Source: Fonticula alba ATCC 38817 (Eukaryota > Protista > Nucleariida). From it: DNA of 9,468 bases. Under the pieces are notes generated by a model. The model worked only from the letters and a program-made list of their open reading frames with translations. It had not been told where the DNA came from and ran no database searches. Position numbers and translations under genes: made by a program. Shown here one piece after another: positions 1 to 6,955 of this stretch; the first letter of the stretch is position 1; each line of letters opens with the position of its first letter. The stretch lies in assembly GCA_000388065.2 (NCBI GenBank), contig KB932201.1; one strand, written 5' to 3'.

Positions 1-194
1 CGCTGGGCTGCGCGTCGGCCTGGTGCCCCGACGTGGCCGGGGCAGGGAGGACCAGCGGACGCCCTCCGCCCTTCGGCAGGCACACACGCACCGCTCAGAA
101 CACACAGTGGACATAGCTCCCCCCGCCCTGGGTTCCCCCCGCCCCCCCGCGGAGGCGAGCTCGGGGCGCGGGCCGACCGTTGGCAGCTGGGGGA

Positions 195-972
195 TTATCG
201 GAGCCGGTAGTTCGGCACCAGGTCGATGGACTGGTAGATGATGCGCCATTCGCCGCGCTGGACGATGATCTCCCAGTACACCCGGGCCAGGGCCATCAGG
301 CGGGCCGGCTGCCGGCGGCAATCGAAGGCCATCATGCGCGAGTGGACCACGGCATTGGTGCCGGCCTCGCCGCGGAGCTCGATGATCGGGTTGACCAGGA
401 CGTGCGTCACGCCGTACGAGTGCCGGGCATGGCCGCGGGCGAAGCGCGACAGCTCCGTGGTCCCGGCGATCTTCTGGCCACTGGCCACCAGCTCCCCGGC
501 CGAGGCCCACAGCTCGAGCCAGGACTCGATGTTGGCACTGTCAAAGTAGTGGTAGTACCGGTAGAGGATCTCGCTGATGGACATCTTGTCCAGGATCTGC
601 CGGTACCGGGTGGCCGATGTGTGGACCCCGGGCAGCTGGGTGGTGCTCAGCTGGTGCCGGTGGGCATACGCCTGGCCGGCCTGCCGGGCGATCGACACGT
701 CCGGGTGGTGGGGGTGGTGGTGGGGGTGGTGGTGGAAGGGGGGATGTGCTGGCGGCTGCGACGGGGGCTGCAGCTGCGCCGACTGCATGTGCTGCGGGTA
801 CTGCGAGTATGGCGCCTGCTGCGAGGGGTAGTGCTGTTGCTGGTGGTGCTGTTGCTGGTGGTGCTGTTGCTGGTGGTGGTGGTGGTGAAGATGGTGCTGG
901 GAGGCGGCGGCGGCGGGGGTGACGCTGGCGTGGCCATTCTTGCTGGAGAATGTGTCTACCCGGGCCTCGGAC
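195..972 (-). CDS. Terminal exon (exon 5) of the minus-strand gene: His/Gln-rich low-complexity tract followed by a SnoaL_4 / NTF2-like domain
   Basis: The frame of ORF 195..788 stays open upstream of the ATG at 788 (..SEARVDTFSSKNGHASVTPAAAASQHHLHHHHHQQQHHQQQ..) to a CAG acceptor at 975-973; TAA stop at 197-195. The C-terminal ~130 aa (ILDKMSISEILYRYYHYFDSANIESWLELW..G..EL..F..THVLVNPII..A.V.S.M..A.V..EIIVQRGEWRIIYQSID) follows the SnoaL_4 pattern (I.ell.rY...lD.......lF; tH...N..i; ..v...g.W.I...). Recognised by eye, no HMM run. Confidence 0.85.
831..875. repeat. Coding 15-bp tandem repeat (GTGCTGTTGCTGGTG)x3, encoding HQQQH x3 on the minus strand
   Basis: Three perfect copies read directly, followed by a (GTG)n poly-His run. 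Confidence 0.9.
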
Positions 973-984
973 CTGGTGTCCGGT

Positions 985-985
985 G

Positions 986-1028
<43 letters not shown>
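985..1028. repeat. (GTGC)11 tetranucleotide microsatellite
   Basis: Read directly; intronic. Confidence 0.95.
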
Positions 1029-1029
<1 letters not shown>

Positions 1030-1360
1030 TGTGTCCGGTGTGCGTGCGGGAGTATGGCCGGTGGTCAGTGGCCGAGGGGGGCAGGGGGTGCCGTTTTGTC
1101 GATCGGCTGGTCGGTGGTGTTGCCCCACGCTTGGCCGGCAAGCATCGGCCATTGGGCTCCTTGCTCGTGCTCCTGCCCCTCCCCCCCCCCCCTCCCCGCT
1201 CCGCCCCCAGCTTGCATGCACATGTGTCTGTGTGCGTGTTTGTGAGGGAGAGACACACAGGGGCACATCCGACAGCGCGGGATCGGCCATTCAATTATTG
1301 ACTCAGGGTGCGCCCTTGTGGTGCTGTGCCCTCGCCTCCTGGGACTGCCTGCCTGCCTGC

Positions 1361-1362
<2 letters not shown>

Positions 1363-1394
<32 letters not shown>
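1363..1394. repeat. C32 homopolymer (G32 on the transcribed minus strand)
   Basis: Read directly. Confidence 0.95.
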
Positions 1395-1396
<2 letters not shown>

Positions 1397-1434
1397 CACG
1401 AGAGGGAGACTGCCTGGCCTGCAGAGGCGCATAC

Positions 1435-1902
1435 CGGGATCGGCCACGTCCACGAGCAGCGGCAGCAGCGCCCGGCAGCCCGAGCCCCGGGCGGTCTTCA
1501 TCCTCGCTGTCGGCATCATACACGGCCCCCCCCATGGACGAGTCGCTGAGGGTGGCCGGGGGCGCGGCGCGGAGGAGCTGCACATGCAGCGGATTGTCGG
1601 ACTCCATGGCCCGCGGGCTGCGATCGGACCCGACGGCCGCCATGCGAACATACTCAAGCTGCCCGGGCAGGGAGACCGCCGCGGTGGCCGGGGGCGTCGG
1701 GGTCGGCGGCCGAAGGACGCGCGTCCGTTCGGGCAGGTGCCCGCCATGGCCCAGCGGCGCGGAGGGCGAAGACTCTCGGCCGCCATTGGCCAGGGAGCCC
1801 GGCCGATGGGGCTGTCGCACCAAAGTCACAGTCGAGTCGCTGAAGGGGCGGCTGCCCGGGGACCCGGCCGCCAGGGCAGGCCGGCCCGGCAGGCCCTCAT
1901 GG
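1435..1902 (-). CDS. Predicted exon 4 of the minus-strand gene (Pro/Ser/Ala-rich, acidic YDADSEDEDR patch)
   Basis: Part of ORF 1065..1982. Acceptor CAG at 1905-1903 with branch-like CTGAC at 1927-1923. Donor CG|GTATGC at 1434. Phase 2 at both ends matches the neighbouring exons. Confidence 0.65.
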
Positions 1903-1994
1903 CTGTCGCGGTGCGGGTGGAAGGTCAGTCCATCGGCCCGGGCACGGGTCCGTCTCCGGCGGGCGGGGGGGCGGGCGGGCAAATGGCACGGTAC
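1903..1994 (-). other. Spliceosomal intron 3 (92 nt) of the minus-strand gene
   Basis: GTACCG...CTGAC...CAG, with the branch site about 20 nt from the acceptor. Confidence 0.5.
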
Positions 1995-2058
1995 AATGGG
2001 GCCGGCGAGCGGTGTTCCATCATCGGCGGGCGATGGCCGGGCACCCGAGGGGCGAAGT
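1995..2058 (-). CDS. Predicted small exon 3 (64 nt) of the minus-strand gene
   Basis: Acceptor CAG at 2061-2059 with CTGAC at 2091-2087; donor GTACCG at 1994. It supplies exactly the phase 1 to phase 2 shift needed to join exon 2 to exon 4. The donor is weak. Confidence 0.5.
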
Positions 2059-2129
2059 CTGGCCGGAGGGCCGCGTCACGCGTGTGGTCAGCGAGGGCGA
2101 TCCCCGGGCAAGCGAGGCGAGGGCAGGGA

Positions 2130-2170
<41 letters not shown>

Positions 2171-2187
2171 CGAGGGGCATTTCGCAC
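2059..2187 (-). other. Spliceosomal intron 2 (129 nt) of the minus-strand gene
   Basis: GTGCGA, then C11 and (CT)14, then CTGAC and CAG. Confidence 0.55.
2132..2170. repeat. (GA)14 microsatellite abutting a G11 run
   Basis: Read directly; intronic. Confidence 0.95.
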
Positions 2188-2377
2188 GATCAGGCCCGGG
2201 CCCGGCTCCATGGAGGAGGAACTCGGCTGCGGCCGTTCGGGCACGCAGGTCGCCGGTGCCCCGGCGTTCGGGGGTCACCCGATGCCGGATGGGCCGCGAG
2301 TTGGGCGACAGCGGAGGCTTCAGCATGTCGGCCGCGGCTGCGGCTGCCGCCACGGCCGCCGCCGACCTGGGGCTCGG
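2188..2377 (-). CDS. Predicted exon 2 of the minus-strand gene (PSPRSAAAVAAAAAAADMLKPPLSPNSRP...)
   Basis: Part of ORF 1925..2404. Acceptor CAG at 2380-2378 (phase 0); donor GTGCGA at 2187, just before a C-run/(CT)n tract. Confidence 0.6.
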
Positions 2378-2466
2378 CTGGGGCGATCGCATGTATGCAT
2401 GCATGTGTGGTGTGTGCGTGTGCGTAGGCGGGTGTCTCCATCAGAGAAGGGCGTGTCGGCGCGCGC

Positions 2467-2501
<35 letters not shown>

Positions 2502-2598
2502 GTGTCCATCGGGCGGTGTCGCGTGTACGCAACAGAGGGGGGGGGGCGGGGGAAAGGCCAAGGAGGGCCGACTGCATGGCAGGGGGACTCGGACGTAC
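2378..2598 (-). other. Spliceosomal intron 1 (221 nt) of the minus-strand gene
   Basis: GTACGT...(CA)15...CTGAT (2445-2441)...CAG. Confidence 0.6.
2470..2499. repeat. (TG)15 microsatellite
   Basis: Read directly; intronic. Confidence 0.95.
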
Positions 2599-2931
2599 CG
2601 GCTCCTCGGGTGCAGGGGCGCTGATGCGCAGGGGCGACGGCTGTGCAGCGGCCCCGCGGCCAGGTGGGGACACGTACTCCGCCGTCCCGAGAGATGGCGG
2701 CGACGGGGGGCCCTCGGCCGGCGAGCCGCCGGTGAACAGGTCGATGTCAGCCGAGTCATCCTGGCCAAGCTGGCCAGTGGGCCCGGGGGCCGGGACCCGG
2801 CGAGCCTTCTGCACGACCAGCTGGTCGTGCAAGTCTCGCGAGTTGGATGTGCTGATGTACCCGGCCGAGGGCCGTCGACTGAGGAAGCGCAGGGGCCCGG
2901 AGGGCCGCGCGCGGTCCGGCGTGTTGGTCAT
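2599..2931 (-). CDS. Predicted exon 1 of the minus-strand gene (MTNTPDRARPSGPLRFLSRRPS...APAPEEP); alternative in-frame ATG at 3021
   Basis: Open frame with protein-like composition and a strong donor CCG|GTACGT at 2598 (phase 0, matching exon 2). ATG 2931 is preferred over 3021 because a non-triplet 14-bp tandem repeat (2965-2992) lies between them and looks like UTR. Confidence 0.6.
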
Positions 2932-2964
2932 CGGGCGGGCGCCAGATGGCCGGGGCAGGGGCAA

Positions 2965-2992
2965 GGGGCGGGAGGCGAGGGGCGGGAGGCGA
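2965..2992. repeat. 14-bp tandem duplication (GGGGCGGGAGGCGA)x2, GC-box-like
   Basis: Two perfect copies read directly, just upstream of ATG 2931. Confidence 0.8.
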
Positions 2993-3670
2993 GGGACGGA
3001 GAGCGAGCTAGAGGCAACCATGTATCGGGGGGGGGAACGCCGGTGGCGCGCCCCGGCGTGCGTCCGCCCCCGAGCAGGCCAGAGAAAAATGCCCGCACCG
3101 CCGGGATCGCGGGTGATTCCCGGCCCCGCCCCGCCCCGCCCCCCCCCCCCCCCCCCTCCTATCGCCTGGGGCCCGGCCAGCATGCGCATGCCCACGCTCG
3201 CCGAGGCGCGCGTGCGTTGGCTCCCGGGGGCCGGGCGCGTCTTAACCCGGTGGATTAACCACCCGCGCATGATCGGCGCCGGCCGCGCCACTCCGCCGGG
3301 GTTTGGGCCCCCAGGCGGGCTAGCGGCCGGGCGGCCGGGCGGCCGGGCGGGTCGAGCGGGGAGGGGGCGCGCCCTGGGCGGCGCTATCGCGCTCCGCCGC
3401 CCTGCTGCCCCCCCCTCCCCCCCCTGCGTTGTGCGTCGAACCCGGGGGACATGGGGCGGGGGCCGGCAATCGCTGCGCTTGACACCGGGGCCGGAGATCT
3501 GGGCCGGCGATCGACCGGCTGCCTGCCGCTGCCGGTACGCGGGCGCGCGGGGGCGCGCCAGGGCCCGGGCCCCGGGGGCAAGGTCCCGCGCGAGGGGCAC
3601 CCCCCCCCCCCCCCATCCGGTCTTGATGGCGGGCCCCCGGCGCTTCTGGATGTCTCTGCGTGCGTCTGGG

Positions 3671-4342
3671 NNNNNNNNNNNNNNNNNNNNNNNNNNNNNN
3701 NNNNNNNNNNNNNNNNNNNNNNNNNNNNNNNNNNNNNNNNNNNNNNNNNNNNNNNNNNNNNNNNNNNNNNNNNNNNNNNNNNNNNNNNNNNNNNNNNNNN
3801 NNNNNNNNNNNNNNNNNNNNNNNNNNNNNNNNNNNNNNNNNNNNNNNNNNNNNNNNNNNNNNNNNNNNNNNNNNNNNNNNNNNNNNNNNNNNNNNNNNNN
3901 NNNNNNNNNNNNNNNNNNNNNNNNNNNNNNNNNNNNNNNNNNNNNNNNNNNNNNNNNNNNNNNNNNNNNNNNNNNNNNNNNNNNNNNNNNNNNNNNNNNN
4001 NNNNNNNNNNNNNNNNNNNNNNNNNNNNNNNNNNNNNNNNNNNNNNNNNNNNNNNNNNNNNNNNNNNNNNNNNNNNNNNNNNNNNNNNNNNNNNNNNNNN
4101 NNNNNNNNNNNNNNNNNNNNNNNNNNNNNNNNNNNNNNNNNNNNNNNNNNNNNNNNNNNNNNNNNNNNNNNNNNNNNNNNNNNNNNNNNNNNNNNNNNNN
4201 NNNNNNNNNNNNNNNNNNNNNNNNNNNNNNNNNNNNNNNNNNNNNNNNNNNNNNNNNNNNNNNNNNNNNNNNNNNNNNNNNNNNNNNNNNNNNNNNNNNN
4301 NNNNNNNNNNNNNNNNNNNNNNNNNNNNNNNNNNNNNNNNNN
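3671..4342. other. Assembly gap (672 N)
   Basis: Run of N. Confidence 1.
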
Positions 4343-4428
4343 CGCGCGCCGCCCTTCGCCGAACATCCTCCCTGGCTGCCGGCTCCCCGCTCGAAATCCG
4401 CCTCGCCTCGCCTGCCGCCTCCTCCCGC

Positions 4429-4471
4429 CACACACACACACACACACACGCACAGAAGCTCGCACAGAAGC
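4429..4471. repeat. (CA)10 followed by a direct repeat CGCACAGAAGC x2 (4449-4459, 4461-4471)
   Basis: Read directly. Confidence 0.9.
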
Positions 4472-4490
4472 ACGCACCACCGTCGCTCCC

Positions 4491-5601
4491 ATGCACGGCG
4501 TCGAGTGCGACCTGCCGGCGGCCGGTCCGGCACCGGCGCCGGCCCCCCTTAAGACCCCGGTGTCGGCGGCCCTGGCCCCCGGGGACACCGGGCTCCGGCT
4601 GAGCCAGTCCTCTGGCCGGTCGATCCCGGCGCCGGACCCGGTGGAGGGCTGCCACCCGGTGCTGGTGGCCCCGGTCCGGCTGGCCAATCTCAAGCACCTC
4701 CCGAAGGAGTACCGGGCGGCGTTTGGCTGCGCGCCCGGGTCCTTCTCCTCGGCCCTGCGATCGGCCACGCCCTCGGTCCTGGCGAATCCCGGGCTGGCGG
4801 CCACGGCGCATGCGCGTCCGGCCGGCGGGCCGGACCGGGCGGCCGCCAGCGGCGGCCCACTGCCCCTGGCCCAAGATCCGGCCTTCAGCCCGGCCCCCCC
4901 GGGCGGCCCGGGCGGCCCCTCGCCCGGCTGCCCCTCGGCCTTCAATGGCCGGATGTACACCCAGGTGCCGGGCGTGTGGGCGGCCGGCACGCCGGGCCCC
5001 ACGGCGGCCGGGGCCGCGGCAGCCGGCCTCCAGCCCGGCAGCTGTGTGCTCCTGCTGCAGGCCGGCCATTCGCGCCTGGCCATCCACACCCTCGGCGAAA
5101 GCCCCATGTGGCGGCTGTCGCGCGAGCGCCGGCACACCACCTGCCAGTGCCCGGACTCCAGCCGGGCCCCCATCCGGACCCGGTCGCAAACCCTGCCCGG
5201 GGCCGGGGCGTCGGCCGGCACCGAGGCCGGCTGCCCGGCGTGCGACGACCGCCTGCTCCACTGCACGGCCCTGCTGCCGATCTACTTTGAGAACATCTAC
5301 GCGGTGACGGTGTCCGGGACCCTGCCGGCGGCCGGGCCGTCGGCCGGCGGCGGCGGCGGCGGCAGCAGCGGCGGCGGCGGCGGCGGCCCGGCCGGGTCAG
5401 CCTCCTCCTCGGCCCTTCTGTCCTTCGCCCGGCGCCGGGGGTCGGCCGAGGTGGCGGCCTCCGCGTCGGAGCCCTTCCTGCCGGGTGCCGCCGGGGCCCC
5501 GGGCGCCGATGCCCGGGTCCTGGACATCCATGTGCTGGTGTCCCGGCACCAGTGTTACGATCAGGCCCCGGACACCTTCAGCCATCTGGCCCCGGGCAAA
5601 G
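4491..5601 (+). CDS. SPHK: Sphingosine kinase-like gene, first visible exon (N-terminal region, split PH-like beta strands with low-complexity insertions)
   Basis: Open frame from ATG 4491 with GC3-rich codons, ending at donor AAAG|GTGCGT at 5602. The start is uncertain: CAG acceptors at 4453-4455 and 4465-4467 follow a (CA)n tract, so an upstream exon could lie in the gap. Confidence 0.65.
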
Positions 5602-5847
5602 GTGCGTCCGTCAATGCCGCCACCGGGGCCCTCCCCCCCCCGGGCCGAGCATCGGCTCGCGCTCGCCCACGTCGCTGTCGACTGTGGGCCCGGTGTTGTC
5701 GCCGCTGTCGTCGCCGCCGCCGCCGCCGCCGGGCTTCCAATGCCACCGGCCCCGCCGGCCCCGCCGGCCCCGCCGACCCCGCCGACCCCGCCGACCCCGC
5801 TGACCCCGCTTCCCGCCACCCGCCGCCGGGTCCCGATGGCCGATCAG
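5602..5847 (+). other. Spliceosomal intron (246 nt) in the kinase gene, hidden inside the continuous ORF
   Basis: GTGCGT...CTGAC...CAG. Removing it deletes an implausible RRCRRRRRRRR / PADPADPAD stretch and joins two PH-like segments in phase. Confidence 0.7.
5750..5810. repeat. 9-bp minisatellite CCCCGCCG(G/A), about 6.8 copies
   Basis: Units: CCCCGCCGG x2, CCCCGCCGA x3, CCCCGCTGA, partial CCCCGCT. Confidence 0.9.
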
Positions 5848-6396
5848 ATGTCTCCCGGCGCTTTTCCTTTGTCTTTTCCACCGCGGCCGAGTGTGCCCTT
5901 TGGCAGACAGCCATCCAGGCGGCCATGCGCCGGGCCCCGATGGCCACGCGCAGCCGCATGTGCATCGCCGGGCCGCCGTTGGCCCCGGGCCTGCCGTTCG
6001 CGCCGCCGCCCGGGCCCAAGCCCCGGGTGGCCGCCACCCCGGCGACCCTCTTCAATGGGGCCGCGCTGCTGCCCGAGTCCCTGGCCCCGAGGCCCTTTGT
6101 GGCGCATTTGGTCGCGGCGGCCGACGCGCCTGCCCTGGCCGGGCCCCTGGCCGATGCCGGCCGGCCACAGGACACGGCCTTTGCCCTGGACGAGGGGCTG
6201 CTGCGCGAGCAGGCCATCGACCCGCTCTTTGCCCAGGATCTGTGTGACATCTTCAACCGCCGGTACCGGCCGCCGCCGCCACGCCGCGTGCTCTGCCTGA
6301 TCAACCCCTTCGGCGGCCGGCGCAAGGCGGTGCAGATCTTCCGCGCCGAGGTCGAGCCGATGCTTCGCCTGGCCGGCCTGGATGTCACAACCATCT
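5848..6396 (+). CDS. SPHK: Sphingosine kinase-like gene exon: PH C-terminal helix plus the C1 motif of the DAGK-catalytic domain
   Basis: Acceptor CAG at 5845-5847 (phase 1), branch CTGAC at 5800-5804. Encodes RRFSFVFSTAAECALWQTAIQAAM (PH-type terminal helix with W) and RRVLCLINPFGGRRKAVQIFRAEVEPMLRLAGLDVTTI, the classic SphK/CERK C1 region. Donor GTACGA at 6397. Confidence 0.88.
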
Positions 6397-6498
6397 GTAC
6401 GAGCACCCGGGGCCTGTCTGCCTGTCCTTTGTTGCCCTCTCGCCCTCTCCTCGCAGGCCCTCGTGTCGATTGTTGCATGTCCCGCCTGCTGCCTGGGC

Positions 6499-6955
6499 TT
6501 TCTCTCTCTCTCTTTTTATCTTTTTATCTTTTTCTCTCTTTCTCTCTTTCTCTCTTTTTTCTTTCTCTTTCTCTCTTTCTCTCTTTCTCTCTTTCTCTCT
6601 TTCTCTCTTTCTCTCTTTCTCTTTCTCTTTTTCTCTTTCTCTCTTTCTCTCTTTCTCTTTCTCTTTTTCTCTTTCTCTTTTTCTCTTTCTCTTTTTCTCT
6701 TTCTCTCTTTCTCTCTTTCTCTTTCTCTTTTTCTCTTTCTCTCTTTCTCTCTTTCTCTTTCTCTTATTCTCTTTCTCTTATTCTCTTTCTCTTATTCTCT
6801 TTCTCTCTTTCTCTCTTTCTCTTTCTCTTATTCTCCTTCTCTCTTTCTTTCTCTCTCTTTTTATCTTTTTCTCTCCCTTCCTCCCTCTATCTCCCTCCTT
6901 CTCATCCCCCCTCTCCCCTCTCTTCCCCCCTCTCCCCTCCCTTCCCCCCTCTCTT
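6499..6955. repeat. Long polypyrimidine (CT-rich) compound repeat built from TTTCTC / TTTCTCTC units, running into a gap
   Basis: About 450 nt with no G and only scattered A; intronic in the kinase gene. Confidence 0.95.

Larger units (their letters stand above)
973..1434 (-). other. Spliceosomal intron 4 (462 nt) of the minus-strand gene
   Basis: GTATGC...CTGAC (1068-1064)...CAG; contains G32, G12 and (GCAC)11 on the transcribed strand; in-frame TGA at 1067-1065. Confidence 0.65.
2932..4490. promoter_or_regulatory. Divergent intergenic region, presumed to contain both promoters and 5' UTRs (partly in the gap)
   Basis: Inferred from the head-to-head orientation; GC/CpG-rich with (CCCCG) GC boxes near 3124-3140. 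No specific core promoter can be assigned. Confidence 0.4.

Noticed and set aside
1-194. Possible end of a neighbouring gene (ORF 23..241)
   Set aside because: No motif or clear codon bias; most simply the 3' UTR or intergenic region of the minus-strand gene.
180-1301. 373-aa plus-strand ORF and other overlapping ORFs (238..549, 541..1290, 647..937, 950..1549)
   Set aside because: Antisense or alternate-frame shadows of the GC3-rich SnoaL exon, or translations of microsatellites (VRAC, poly-P); no recognisable motifs.
2012-5266. Long ORFs spanning the first gap (2012..4552, 2320..4533, 3320..5266, 3384..5261, 3451..4602)
   Set aside because: They are long only because N codons contain no stops. 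Only the 2599..2931/3021 part of 2320..4533 is kept, as exon 1.
5602-5750. Poly-Arg/Cys stretch (RRCRRRRRRRR) as a nuclear localisation signal or frameshift
   Set aside because: Falls inside a well-supported GT..CTGAC..AG intron whose removal keeps the frame.
5750-5810. Short tandem repeats as a possible CRISPR array or mobile-element end
   Set aside because: Contiguous 9-bp units with no spacers, no cas or transposase genes, and eukaryotic intron context.
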